Positions 48,885-59,532 of a DNA stretch of 64,000 bases are shown piece by piece. The position numbers and the translations under genes were made by a program. The DNA is from an uncultured Anaerolineaceae bacterium (GTDB taxonomy: Bacteria > Chloroflexota > Anaerolineae > Anaerolineales > E44-bin32): the NCBI GenBank assembly GCA_964475265.1, contig CAYYVY010000009.1, positions 1,002-65,001 of the forward strand. The letters run 5' to 3'. Every line of letters starts with the position of its first letter. Position 1 is the stretch's first letter. The notes under the pieces were generated by a model. The model had not been told where the DNA came from. It searched no databases and worked only from the letters and a program-made list of their open reading frames with translations.

Positions 48885-49851
48885 AATCCCTGGACAACTC
48901 CGCTGATAAAGCTCATGATGAACGACAACACGAATACACCCAAGTAGCCAATACTATAGACGCCAACGGCGAGCCATGTACGCTTGCGACTGCTTTCCCC
49001 CGTCAGCACAATGATAATTGCGGCGCAGTAGGAAGTCTGGGTTATAAAATCGACAGTTTGCCCTTGCCCGAGAAGCGCGATTCCAAGGAATACAATCCCC
49101 AATACCGCTCGAAGAACTGCCCAACCTTGCCACTGCCGAGAGGTCCCTTTCCATAGATTAATGCCGATCAAGACGTCGATGATCGCAGGGAGGACGAGAA
49201 GCAACGTGGCGGGGGCTTCTGATAGTAAACCGCACAGGGCAAATAAACCCATCAGTGAGGCGGCGATTGCGACATTGATAAATAGAAACCCGGCTCCGAC
49301 TCGAATGGCGAGTCTCTCTTCAGCGAATTGATGTGTTATCCGTTGCGTCTCGGGGTCTGCCGCATGTGTGGGATCGCGTTGCAGCTTTTCGATTTCTGCG
49401 TTGGCGGCCCGTAGGAAGCCGAGATCATGAAGGGCTTGAGCCTGTTGGATGAGTCTGTTTTTCAATTCCTCGGGTTCGCGAGGGATTTTGGGCTGTGGAA
49501 GTTGAGTGTGCGTCTCGGTGAATTCCTTGGCCCGTCTCCGCCAGTAGCGCGTACGGAGCGTAATTTGAAGTTCATCCACCCCAAATTTAACCCTTAACCT
49601 TCCCCCCAACCTGGACCATTTCAGTGATTGAATGTTCTCTCGCCAGATACTCAGGATGCGTCCCGCTTTTTGTCACGTTTATAGGGGACGAGAATGAGTC
49701 GATCCATTGTTAATCCGATGTGATACGTCTTGGAAAAGTACACCACCGCTATCGCCCCGCTGGTGTATGCCTGCAGTCTTTCGCCGGGCATCAATGCAGA
49801 TTCAAGCATCTCCCGGGCCTGTCGTTCATTCTCTTTCTCTGGATTGTTCAT
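48881..49851 (-). pseudogene. Frameshifted gene: PH-like N-terminal domain plus C-terminal TM domain
   Basis: ORF from ATG 49851 (GAGGAG RBS) stops at 49651; the -1 frame is open from 49672 to 48881; the overlap contains GAC AAA AAG. Confidence 0.6.
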
Positions 49852-50097
49852 CTTCGTTCTCCTCAAGGACACCCGATCGCGGATCGTTCCACGCCTTTGC
49901 CACCGCCAACAGATCGGCAGGAATGGGATCGTCTAAATTTGCCAAAATTTAACAACGATTACGAAGAAATGCAATCTTGAGGAATGCATGTTTGCAACTT
50001 TGCCGACGATCTTGCGTAAAGGGTAGAGAACTGGCGGGGTGCGAAGCGACCCAAACCTTCGACGGCACCCCTGCAGCAGTCAAAATAAGGAGGAAAC

Positions 50098-50835
50098 ATG
50101 AACACAAGTACTACCCTATCAAGCGAAAACGGCACGCGCATCAACCTGCGCGATGTGGTGAAGACGTACGAGACAGGCGCTGGTGACGTGACGGTCTTGA
50201 CCGACGTATCGCTCAAAGTACGCGAAGGTGAACTCGTCGGGATCGTCGGCCCTTCAGGTTCAGGCAAATCCACCCTTCTCAACATGATCACCGGCATCGA
50301 CCGGCCCACGGCCGGTGAGGTTTTTGTGGGCGGCCAGGCCGTGCATGGGCTCAGCGAGAATCAACTCGCCCGCTGGCGCGGAAGAAACGTCGGAGTCATT
50401 TTTCAGTTCTTTCAACTGCTCCCGACACTGACGATTGTCGAAAATGTGATGCTGCCCATGGACTTCTGTAATATGTATCCCCGCCGCCAGCGCAAGCAGC
50501 GGGCGATGGATCTGCTAAATCAGGTCAATATCGCCGACCAAGCGGATAAGCTGCCCAGCACATTAAGCGGTGGACAGCAGCAGCGCGCCGCCATCGCACG
50601 TGCCCTGGCCAACGATCCTCCCGTCGTCGTCGCCGATGAACCTACAGGGAACCTGGATCGAGCGACGGCCAACGAAGTGTTTGGCTTGTTCCAGCAACTC
50701 GTCGAAAACGGCAAGACGATCATGATCGTGACTCACGACCGCAGCCTGGCGGATCGGATGGATCGAGTGCTGCATCTGCACGATGGCCAGATCGCCCGCG
50801 ATCAGGAGAATGGGAACGGGAGCGGCGGAAGATGA
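50098..50835 (+). CDS. ABC transporter ATP-binding protein (LolD/MacB type)
   Basis: [26 protein letters not shown]. Confidence 0.95.
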   Translation: MNTSTTLSSENGTRINLRDVVKTYETGAGDVTVLTDVSLKVREGELVGIVGPSGSGKSTLLNMITGIDRPTAGEVFVGGQAVHGLSENQLARWRGRNVGVIFQFFQLLPTLTIVENVMLPMDFCNMYPRRQRKQRAMDLLNQVNIADQADKLPSTLSGGQQQRAAIARALANDPPVVVADEPTGNLDRATANEVFGLFQQLVENGKTIMIVTHDRSLADRMDRVLHLHDGQIARDQENGNGSGGR

Positions 50836-53201
50836 GTGTGACCTGGCGAAAGTTATGGCGCGACCTGACGCGTAATAAAGCGCGTACGGTCCTGGCGGTA
50901 CTCGCCACGGCGGTGGGCGTCTTCGCACTTGGATTGACCTTCGGCCTCAGCGGTGTGATGCGTGAGTCTATGACCGAGGCACACAAGTCCGTGCTGCCTG
51001 ACCAGATTACCTTCTACGGCGGGCCCTTCGACCAGGAGGCCGTAGACATGCTGTTGGACGAGCCGAACGTCGTGGCTGTAGAAGGCGAACGAAACGCGAT
51101 GCTCCACTGGAAACTCGAGGGGGAGCAGGATTGGCGAAACGGCTTACTTTACACGCGCCACGACTATGAGAATCAAACCACGTACTTCGTCCAACGTATC
51201 GACGGCCAATGGCCTGCGGGTGAGACTCTCGACGTGGAGCGGCTGGCGTCGGATTACTTCGATATTTCCACAGGGTCCAGCGTTATCATCGAAACCGCAG
51301 CGGGTGAGCAGCAACTACCCGTGGTGGGTGTGGTGCGTGAGCACATGGTCTTCCCCCCATTATGGGGAGGCAGCGCGGTCTTCTTCTCAACACCCGAGAC
51401 GGCGAATTGGATCACCGGTGTTGATATCGAATACACCAAACTGCGCGTGCGCATCGATGATTACAACGAAGAAACAGTCCACGCCAATGCGCAGCGTATG
51501 CAAGACAAATTGGAGTTGCAGGGCTATCGCGTCGAGTTGTACGACATTACCGATCCGGAAGTGCATTGGAACCAGGACTTGATCGACTCTTCATTCCTGA
51601 TCTGGGCCGTCCTGGGCGTGATGTCCCTGGGGCTCAGCGGTTTCCTGATCGTCAATACGATGACTGCTCTTATCGCACAACAGGTTTGGCAGATCGGCGT
51701 GATGAAATCGGTGGGCGCCACAGTCAGCAAACTTGCAGGCACCTACTTGATGACGGCTTTTATCTATGGTCTCCTGGCAGTGTTGATCGCCGTGCCGCTG
51801 GGCGCCGTGGGAGCGAATTGGCTGGCGGTCTTCATGTTGAATCTACTCAACATCGAACACGCCGCATTCCATCTAGATCCGGGAACGGTTACGCTGCAGG
51901 TCCTGATCGGTTTGACCGTACCGATCCTGGCAGCATTGGTGCCTATCGTCAATGGCGTACGCATCACGGCACACAAGGCTATGAATCAGCACGGTATCGG
52001 TAACGGCTTCGGTGAAAGCAGATTCGACCGACTCATCGCTCGTATCCGGCTTCTGCCGCGTCCTATCGCGTTGAGCCTGCGGAATACATTCCGTCGCAAG
52101 GCGCGCGTGGCGTTGACCCTGGTCACGCTTGTGTTGAGCGGCGTGATGTTTACCATGATCCTCACCATGGACAAATCCTTTGGCGCCACAATCGATGCGA
52201 TTTTCGATCTGTTTGGTGACGATGTCATGGTGTATATGGATCGTGCTTATGATCCAACAGACCTGATTGCCATCGCCGAGGATCTGCCAGGCGTTGTGAC
52301 AGCCGAAGTGTCCAGTCATCGCGTGGCGACCACGCAGCTGGACAGCGGGCAGAATATCCAGGTTTCCTTACGCGGCGTGTCTTCGGATTCGGAGCTGTTC
52401 AAGCCACGTATTGTCAGTGGCAGTGGCTTGCCGAATGGTGACGAACGTGCCTTGTTGATTAACAGCGTATTCTCTGAAGAGAATGGGGTCAAATCTGGTG
52501 ACGAAATTGCGCTGACAATCTTAGGCGTTGAGTCCACTTGGAAAGTTGCGGGGGTCACACTCGATGTGGATAGCTCTCAGGATGAATTTTTCGTTCCATT
52601 CGATGCCCTGGCGCGCGAGGTATCTGAAGAACACCTGGTGCACTTCGTGCAGCTAAAAGTGGCGCAACCTGGAATCGAATCTGAAAAACAAATGGCGGAA
52701 AATCTGAGTGATATCTACGAGGAGCATGGATACGGAACGACAGGATATTGGAGTCTCAGCGAGGGCCGCAAGCAGAACGTGGATATGTTTGGCACTCTGA
52801 CATATACCCTGATGTCAATGGCAATTTTGGCGGCCGTAGTGGGAAGCATCGGCTTGATGAGCACCATGTCGATCAACGTCGTCGAGCGCTTGCGCGAGAT
52901 CGGGGTGATGCGTTCGGTGGGTGCATCCTCACCGTCCATCATATCCGTTTTCGTGACCGAGGGGATGCTCCTGGGCTTGCTCTCCTGGCTGCTGGCTGTG
53001 CCGTTGAGCATACCTTGTGCAAAATTGTTCACCGATGTGATCGGCCAGACTGTCGTTGGCTTCGGACTGGATTTCGAGTACGCAGTTGGCGGTGTGATCG
53101 TCTGGCTGGCGATCGTGCTCGTGTTATCGGCCCTGGCCAGTTTGTGGCCGGCGCTGAAAGCCACGCGGGTCAGTGTGCGCGAGACGCTGGCGTATGAGTA
53201 G
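50832..53201 (+). CDS. FtsX/MacB-type ABC permease with duplicated architecture
   Basis: Two IGVMxSVGA motifs and two extracytoplasmic domains. Confidence 0.9.
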   Translation: MSVTWRKLWRDLTRNKARTVLAVLATAVGVFALGLTFGLSGVMRESMTEAHKSVLPDQITFYGGPFDQEAVDMLLDEPNVVAVEGERNAMLHWKLEGEQDWRNGLLYTRHDYENQTTYFVQRIDGQWPAGETLDVERLASDYFDISTGSSVIIETAAGEQQLPVVGVVREHMVFPPLWGGSAVFFSTPETANWITGVDIEYTKLRVRIDDYNEETVHANAQRMQDKLELQGYRVELYDITDPEVHWNQDLIDSSFLIWAVLGVMSLGLSGFLIVNTMTALIAQQVWQIGVMKSVGATVSKLAGTYLMTAFIYGLLAVLIAVPLGAVGANWLAVFMLNLLNIEHAAFHLDPGTVTLQVLIGLTVPILAALVPIVNGVRITAHKAMNQHGIGNGFGESRFDRLIARIRLLPRPIALSLRNTFRRKARVALTLVTLVLSGVMFTMILTMDKSFGATIDAIFDLFGDDVMVYMDRAYDPTDLIAIAEDLPGVVTAEVSSHRVATTQLDSGQNIQVSLRGVSSDSELFKPRIVSGSGLPNGDERALLINSVFSEENGVKSGDEIALTILGVESTWKVAGVTLDVDSSQDEFFVPFDALAREVSEEHLVHFVQLKVAQPGIESEKQMAENLSDIYEEHGYGTTGYWSLSEGRKQNVDMFGTLTYTLMSMAILAAVVGSIGLMSTMSINVVERLREIGVMRSVGASSPSIISVFVTEGMLLGLLSWLLAVPLSIPCAKLFTDVIGQTVVGFGLDFEYAVGGVIVWLAIVLVLSALASLWPALKATRVSVRETLAYE

Positions 53202-53227
53202 TTCCATGTATTCGTAAGGAAAATTCT

Positions 53228-53254
53228 CGAAGCGGCTTGATTCAAGCCGCTTCG
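53228..53254. terminator. Inverted repeat between convergent genes
   Basis: CGAAGCGGCTTGA-T-TCAAGCCGCTTCG. Confidence 0.7.
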
Positions 53255-53285
53255 CCAATTTTCAACTTGTGCAACATCATCACAA

Positions 53286-55193
53286 CTATGGGATTTCTTC
53301 CCCTAGTGCTTCCCGAATGATCTCTACGTATACCGCCGCGCCGGTGTAGCTGGGATGGACCGCATCTTCGCAGAACCAGCCCGGCAGATCCTCGGAGCGT
53401 TCGTGCCAATCAATGAGTTGCGCCTGCGGCCAGCGATTCACGCCCTTCAGCACCTGGTTGTTGACAACCGCTTCCCAGGCGACCGGCCGCCTCACGTTGA
53501 GGAAAAGCACGCGGCTCACGCCGTGCTTCAGTAAACCGCGCATCACAGCGTCGAAGACTTCGTCTTCGAAGGGCACGTTGGTCCCCAGGTGGATGACGAC
53601 CGTCTGCGCCAGGCAGTTGGCTGCGGCCAACTGCGGGATCAAATCCACGACGTCCTGCATGCGGCGGTTGCGAAGCGCGTCCATGCAATAACTGCCCGGA
53701 TCGAATTCCTTTTGAATCCAGGGTTCCACGCTTTCCAAGATCGAGTCGCCGATGAAGGTGATGCGCAGCGGGTTGGAGGTTTCCGCAGCATCTTCGGACG
53801 CGGCGATTCTATTCGAGACTTCAAAGTTCTCGTTGGATACAGCAGCGATCGGAGCGTAGCCGGATGAATAGGATGGGTATGGATGCCTTGTGCTCGGTTC
53901 TGATTCGGCTTCGACCATGGAGGTTGGGGTTGGGAACGTTGAGGCTGTGGTATTGACCTGTGACGGAGCGGCAGCGGTGGGCTGTACGACAATGTATCCC
54001 GCCACGATCAGCATAGCGGCGACGGAAGCGGCATTGGCCCTCAGACCACCCAACACCCTCGCCGAGTTCGACCACCAGGTCCGCAACCCATGCCGGCGGA
54101 TAGGCTGCTCGATCCAGCGATAACTGAACTCTGCCAGCAAGCCCGTCAATATCAACTGCAACGCAAGCGTGACTGCATCTGGTTGTGCAGATCCGCTGCC
54201 CCAATTCCAAACGACCATCAGCGGCCAGTGCCAGAGGTAGATGCCGTAGCTGCGAGTACCGAGCCAGCGCAACGGCCGGAATCCTAACAGCTTTGAGAGA
54301 GGTGCCTGGGGACTTGAAACGGACAGGATGACCAGGCACGTAAGAGAAGCGCTGAGTAGAAATCCGCCACGATAGAGGTAAGTTGTGTGCTCGTGCAGAT
54401 TACCGAAGAGCCAGAGCAATCCCAGCATGCCCGCAAGGCCTGCAGCATCGACCATCCGGCCTCTGCGGACTGATACAGAACCAGGTTTTCTGAGCATTGC
54501 CAATCCCGCTCCCAGAAGGAACCCGGTTGCCCGTGTATCGGTGCCGTAGTACACACGGGAGGGATCGGCCAGTGGGTTATACCTGCTGATCATTAAGCCG
54601 AAAGTGGTTCCGGCGAGTATTAGAATGGGAAGTGCGAGTCGGGAGGTCTGTTTGGCGCTGCGGAGGCGAAGGATGCGGAGAATTCCCCAGAATGCCAGCG
54701 GCCACACAAGGTAAAACTGTTCTTCAACGGCCAACGACCAGAGGTGCTGGAGGAGTGGTGGACGGCCGAATTTTTCGAAATATGGGATCTGGCGAGAAAC
54801 GAACACCCAATTGCTGATGTAAAGCAGTGCCCCGGGAATGTCTTCGCGTAAGCGTGGTATCGCATCTGGTGCCAACCACCAGGCCAGTGGAACGACTGCA
54901 ACCAGCAGCAGGCAAAGCGCTGGCAGCAATCGTCGTACCCGCCGCAACCAGAAGCAACCCAGGTTAATTTGCTTGTTTACCAGAAACTCTCGCAGCAGCA
55001 GAGAAGTAATCAGGTATCCAGAGATAACGAAAAAGCTCTCCACTCCCAAATAGCCACCGACAGCCCAGGAAATATTCGCGTGGTATAGGACGACCGCCAA
55101 TACGGAAATCGCACGAAGGCCATCCAACCCCGGTAAATATTGAAAGCGCAGATTTGTAGAAGTCGAAATGGAGTTCTGCATTGCTTCATCCAT
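53286..55193 (-). CDS. OatA-like O-acyltransferase (Acyl_transf_3 plus SGNH domain); start uncertain
   Basis: GLDGLRA, FFVISGYL, HLWSLAVEEQFY, YYGTDTR, SYGIYLWH; C-terminal GDS and DxxH. Confidence 0.88.
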   Translation of the reverse strand: MDEAMQNSISTSTNLRFQYLPGLDGLRAISVLAVVLYHANISWAVGGYLGVESFFVISGYLITSLLLREFLVNKQINLGCFWLRRVRRLLPALCLLLVAVVPLAWWLAPDAIPRLREDIPGALLYISNWVFVSRQIPYFEKFGRPPLLQHLWSLAVEEQFYLVWPLAFWGILRILRLRSAKQTSRLALPILILAGTTFGLMISRYNPLADPSRVYYGTDTRATGFLLGAGLAMLRKPGSVSVRRGRMVDAAGLAGMLGLLWLFGNLHEHTTYLYRGGFLLSASLTCLVILSVSSPQAPLSKLLGFRPLRWLGTRSYGIYLWHWPLMVVWNWGSGSAQPDAVTLALQLILTGLLAEFSYRWIEQPIRRHGLRTWWSNSARVLGGLRANAASVAAMLIVAGYIVVQPTAAAPSQVNTTASTFPTPTSMVEAESEPSTRHPYPSYSSGYAPIAAVSNENFEVSNRIAASEDAAETSNPLRITFIGDSILESVEPWIQKEFDPGSYCMDALRNRRMQDVVDLIPQLAAANCLAQTVVIHLGTNVPFEDEVFDAVMRGLLKHGVSRVLFLNVRRPVAWEAVVNNQVLKGVNRWPQAQLIDWHERSEDLPGWFCEDAVHPSYTGAAVYVEIIREALGEEIP

Positions 55194-55262
55194 CCTTGGC
55201 GTCCGGCGAGTGGCCACTTTCACCTGTCCGCCTTCACACGATTACTGTTTTTTTACAATTCC

Positions 55263-55316
55263 AGTGTACGGATGGATGTTTACGAGGTAGTAACGCGCAG
55301 GTTACCAATTAGTTAC
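55263..55316 (-). promoter_or_regulatory. Four 11-bp-phased GT(A/T)A(C/A) repeats and -10 TACACT, candidate OmpR/PhoB-type site
   Basis: Minus strand GTAAC-N6-GTAAC-N6-GTTAC-N6-GTAAA-N10-TACACT. Confidence 0.5.
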
Positions 55317-55513
55317 CGTTGTTGGGGGATTAAATTCAAGATCCGGATCATACCCCATTATCACCCCTAAGTATGATTACACACTCCCTGCCGAAGGCTA
55401 TAGTAATTGACGATCCTGTTCCGGCAGCTGCGCCAGAATTTTGATTAAGCGTGGAAGCGAAAGCATTTCAGTCGAATTCATCGATTGGGATGAATCCGAT
55501 ATAAGGAGATAAC

Positions 55514-56518
55514 ATGAAAATTGATCAAAAACGGATCGCGATGTGTTTTGTACTCTCAGCGTTGTTGCTAACGGGATGCGCAAAGCCAAACGCACAAGCG
55601 ACATCGGTACCGCAAGAAGACAAAGGGCAGTCCAACGAAGTCCCGGCACCCGAAGAGGTCATCCAAGACAGCCAGCCGCAGGTTTCTTGGGAAATGGTCT
55701 ATGAACGCGAAGCCAGGCAGCCCATTCGTATGGCCGGATTCTTGAATGAAACTTTTGGTATTAGCGGAGGTGCAACCGGGGAAGGAAGAGCGCATTACTC
55801 CAGCGATGGCGGAGAGACTTGGACCAAGTCGGAAGGCAGCGGAGGATGCATTTACGGCATCGAGATTGTCGACGAGCAAACCGTCTGGGTCTGTGGCCGC
55901 AATACGGGCGCATCGTTCTCCACGCCAGGTGGGGTACGCTTGAGTCTGGATGGCGGCCAAACCTGGGAAGAGCCGGCGGATTTCCGCGTTACCCCAGGAT
56001 TCTGCCCGTTGAGCTTCCTTGACGATCAAGTCGGTTGGTTTGTTTCTGCCGACAAACTCTACGCAACCTTCGATGGGGGTGCAGCGGTCGCGGATATTGC
56101 ACTTCCTGAAGAGGGTATGCGCGTTGCAGCGATATCTCTGCTTTCCGAGGCCGAAGGTTACGTGATGGATTACGACGGTGTCATTCATATCACACAGGAC
56201 GGAGGGGTAACCTGGGAACCTTTGGAAATCGACTTGCAACACTTCTCTGGCATGAGCCCCTATCAAGCCGGTGATGTCGGTACAGCAGCCATGCGTTTCG
56301 TCGACAGGGATAAGGCCGTGATTGTCATGAGTTTGCTGGGAGAGAATAAAGAAAGCGCATTGGTGGCGTTCCGTACCGTGGATGGTGGGCAAACCTGGAC
56401 CGATGAAACGCTTCTGGAGAAGCTGGGTACGCCCTTCATTTCACCCGATGGCATGTATGTTACCGTCCATGATATTTTTAGTAACATGCTGCGCGTATTC
56501 CGCAACTTGGGCGATTGA
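55514..56518 (+). CDS. YCF48/BNR-repeat lipoprotein (third paralog, Cys form)
   Basis: LTGC lipobox; DGGxTW repeats; GGCIYGIEIVDEQTVWVC. Confidence 0.85.
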   Translation: MKIDQKRIAMCFVLSALLLTGCAKPNAQATSVPQEDKGQSNEVPAPEEVIQDSQPQVSWEMVYEREARQPIRMAGFLNETFGISGGATGEGRAHYSSDGGETWTKSEGSGGCIYGIEIVDEQTVWVCGRNTGASFSTPGGVRLSLDGGQTWEEPADFRVTPGFCPLSFLDDQVGWFVSADKLYATFDGGAAVADIALPEEGMRVAAISLLSEAEGYVMDYDGVIHITQDGGVTWEPLEIDLQHFSGMSPYQAGDVGTAAMRFVDRDKAVIVMSLLGENKESALVAFRTVDGGQTWTDETLLEKLGTPFISPDGMYVTVHDIFSNMLRVFRNLGD

Positions 56519-56614
56519 TGCTTCTGCTTGGCCGGCCCTGTCGTATGGATGTCCTTCACGTTGAGCCGGCCAAGTGGTTTTCTATTTCAACTGATACTAT
56601 GAAGGAGGACGTGC

Positions 56615-57643
56615 TCAGCGGTTGTAGATCGAGATCAGATCGATTATCAGTGCCAGCCCGGTCTCGAGGCGCCCTGCTCCTGGTCCGATCAGGGTAACTT
56701 CGCCGAGTAAATCCGTGGTGTAGTGTATGGCGTTGGTGGCGCCGTTGACCGCCGCGAACGGATGGGTCATCGATAGACGCCTCGGTTGGACACTCGCAAT
56801 GACCTTCTCCCCCTCCTTTTCAACACTACCGATCAACTTCCAACATTGTCCGTTTTCTTGCGCTTCCTGTATTTGTTCCTGATCCAGGCCGGTGATGCCC
56901 GTACAGTCGACTTGATCGGGTTTCAAAGGAGCGCCCATCAACACGCTGCTTAGAATCGCCACTTTCGCGGCCGCGTCGTGGCCTTCCACGTCGCCGCGTG
57001 GATCGGCTTCTGCGTAACCGAGTCGCTGGGCTTCCTTCAGTGCCGCATCATACGAAAGACCTTTGGTCATTTCGGTCAAAATGTAATTGGTCGTGCCGTT
57101 GAGGATGCCTTCGATTTTTCGGACGCCTGCGCTGCGGAGCACATCCACGCCGAGGCGCAGCGCAGGTGTACCGCTCATCACCGTTCCCTCATACCCCATG
57201 TGTACACCGTTGTCTTCGGCGATCTTGTGAAGTTCGTTGAAATGCAAAGCAATGGGACCCTTGTTCGTCGTGATCACATGTTTGCCGTTTTCCAGCGCCT
57301 GGCGAACGTGACTCGTGGCCGGTTCGCCGGAATCCAGATCCGTGAAGCTGATTTCGGCAACGACGTCGGCGTTGCTCTTCACGATCGTTGTCAGGGCATC
57401 CCAAGCAGGTTTTTCGGCGTCGAGGCCGGCAAACGAACTGGTTTTCCGAACAGCAGATAACAACGCGGCGGGTTCCAGGCCGTCCGGGTTGTAGACCGTG
57501 CCGAACTGCAGGTCGGTGACCGCGACGATGCGAATGTCCAAGTCGAACATATCTGCATACCATCCTCCTCGATCGCGGAGTATTTCTGTAAAACCCTGCC
57601 CCACGTTTCCAAATCCGATTAACGCTACACGAACGGTTTTCAT
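56615..57643 (-). CDS. hom: Homoserine dehydrogenase (no ACT domain)
   Basis: GFGNVG, VITTNKGP, GILNGTTNYIL, GYAEADP, GPGAG. Confidence 0.95.
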   Translation of the reverse strand: MKTVRVALIGFGNVGQGFTEILRDRGGWYADMFDLDIRIVAVTDLQFGTVYNPDGLEPAALLSAVRKTSSFAGLDAEKPAWDALTTIVKSNADVVAEISFTDLDSGEPATSHVRQALENGKHVITTNKGPIALHFNELHKIAEDNGVHMGYEGTVMSGTPALRLGVDVLRSAGVRKIEGILNGTTNYILTEMTKGLSYDAALKEAQRLGYAEADPRGDVEGHDAAAKVAILSSVLMGAPLKPDQVDCTGITGLDQEQIQEAQENGQCWKLIGSVEKEGEKVIASVQPRRLSMTHPFAAVNGATNAIHYTTDLLGEVTLIGPGAGRLETGLALIIDLISIYNR

Positions 57644-57754
57644 TCCTTCATTTCTCCATTGAGATATTGGTGGATTTCAATTGAGAGGCGCGTTCCCCCC
57701 GTCATATCCGGTTTCGCCGCGCTCTCACCCGCGCGCAGTGTCGCTCGAGGGCCA

Positions 57755-58717
57755 TCAGCCTACTGCGGAATTGTCTGGCAGAATGTCCGCCCATTCCATT
57801 CCGAATCGATCCAGTACCTCGCGAATTTCTACTGCAGTGGGCATATTGTAACCGGTGCCTAATTTTTGGACCTTGGCGGCGCCGGTGGCGTTGGCCAGGC
57901 GGCCCGTCTGCTCAAGATCCAACTTGTGCAGATGGGAATACATCACCGCTGCGTTTAGACTGTCACCTGCGCCGGTAGCATCTTGTGCCTGCACGGGGAA
58001 GCCGGGTGCGATGTGTTCCTTGCCGTCGGCAAGTAAAAAACAACCGGCAGCGCCGCGTTTTATCACCACACTTTTGGGTCCTCGCTGCAGCAACTCGCGA
58101 GCGGACACCAGTGGGTCATCCAGTCCGGTCAAGTTCCTTGCTTCAGTTTCCGTCGCCAGGAAAACGGTCGTGAGACCGATTGCGTTTTGCCACCAGGACG
58201 AATCGATGGCCGGGTTGCCGGGTCCGGGATCGAAGAAAACAGGGACGCTCGCTTTGTGCGCCGCCCGCATGGCATCCAGGATGAGTTTCGGCGTCCATTC
58301 GTATTCGGCCCAGCCGCCCGCGAACAGCGCTTCGGCTTCTCGAATCGAGCGCTTCCATTCTTCGGGTAACGATTTTAACTGCAGGCTGCCTCCATAACCG
58401 AGGTAAGCGGGCTCACCCTGGGCATCGACGACGACTCCGGCAACGGGCGTTTCCGCCTCGGGGGTGATGCGTACGTTCGATACGTCGATCTGCTCGCGCT
58501 GCAATCCGGCGAGCACGACTCGCCCGAAACGGTCGCTGCCGATCTCTCCCATACAACCGACGTCCATGCCCAGACGCGCCGCCGTAATGGCGACGTTGGT
58601 CGCGCCACCCGGACCAATTTCCAGGTACGTAGCCCGTTGGATGTCGCCGGCCTGGACCGGAAAACGCGGAATGTGCAAACTCAGATCAACGATCAAATCT
58701 CCGAATACCAGAATCAT
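57755..58717 (-). CDS. PfkB-family carbohydrate/nucleoside kinase
   Basis: GGATNVAI...ARLG and DATGAGDS signatures. Confidence 0.92.
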   Translation of the reverse strand: MILVFGDLIVDLSLHIPRFPVQAGDIQRATYLEIGPGGATNVAITAARLGMDVGCMGEIGSDRFGRVVLAGLQREQIDVSNVRITPEAETPVAGVVVDAQGEPAYLGYGGSLQLKSLPEEWKRSIREAEALFAGGWAEYEWTPKLILDAMRAAHKASVPVFFDPGPGNPAIDSSWWQNAIGLTTVFLATETEARNLTGLDDPLVSARELLQRGPKSVVIKRGAAGCFLLADGKEHIAPGFPVQAQDATGAGDSLNAAVMYSHLHKLDLEQTGRLANATGAAKVQKLGTGYNMPTAVEIREVLDRFGMEWADILPDNSAVG

Positions 58718-59532
58718 GCCTGCTTGCCCTCCCTGGTTTCGATCCACGCTTCTACGAAGGCCTCGACGGTTCGCGGAGCGGCAGGTAGTTCGATGGCCTG
58801 GGCCAGACGTATCATCTGCGGCGCTTCCAATCCCGCTTCGCGTAATACGTCTTCCTGCACCAGCGCACTTTCCGCCCGGTCGTCTACCAGTATACTGCCC
58901 TGAGACATTACCACAACGCGGTCGAAATGTTCGGCACAGAAATCCAAATCATGCGTGATGGCAATCACTGTCCGCTTTTCCGACTTCAAGTATTCGATAA
59001 TCTTGCCGATCCGCATCACGCCGCGCGCATCTTGCCCGGTCGTGGGTTCGTCGAAGATAATGATCGGCGTTTCCATCGCCAGCGTGGCAGCCATTGCTAC
59101 CAGGTTGCGTTTCGAAGCATGTAGGTCGTAAGGATGCTGCTCGCTGAAGGATTCAAGTTCGGTCAGCCGCAGCGCCCGTTTCAGACGCGTATCAATTTCA
59201 GCAGCACTCAAATTCATATTCTTCGGTCCGAAAGTCACCTCTGCGCAAACCGTGCGGGCGAAGAGTTGATCGTCGGGATTCTGGAATACGTATCCGACTC
59301 TGCGAGATAGTTCTGCCACCGTGTGATCCTGCGTGTTCCAATCGCCGATGACAACTTTCCCCGAGGAAGGCCGGAGCAGACCGTTGAGATGTTTGACGAG
59401 CGTCGTTTTCCCGGCGCCGTTTTCGCCGATGATCGCCACGCTCTCGTTGTGCCCGATTTGCAGGCCGATATCACCCAGCGCCTGGACGCCGGAGGGATAC
59501 TGATAGGAAAGGTTTTCGATGACGATGTTCAA
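58714..59532 (-). CDS. ECF transporter ATPase (A')
   Basis: GENGAGKTT, FQNPDDQ, DEPTTGQD. Confidence 0.9.
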   Translation of the reverse strand: MNIVIENLSYQYPSGVQALGDIGLQIGHNESVAIIGENGAGKTTLVKHLNGLLRPSSGKVVIGDWNTQDHTVAELSRRVGYVFQNPDDQLFARTVCAEVTFGPKNMNLSAAEIDTRLKRALRLTELESFSEQHPYDLHASKRNLVAMAATLAMETPIIIFDEPTTGQDARGVMRIGKIIEYLKSEKRTVIAITHDLDFCAEHFDRVVVMSQGSILVDDRAESALVQEDVLREAGLEAPQMIRLAQAIELPAAPRTVEAFVEAWIETREGKQA

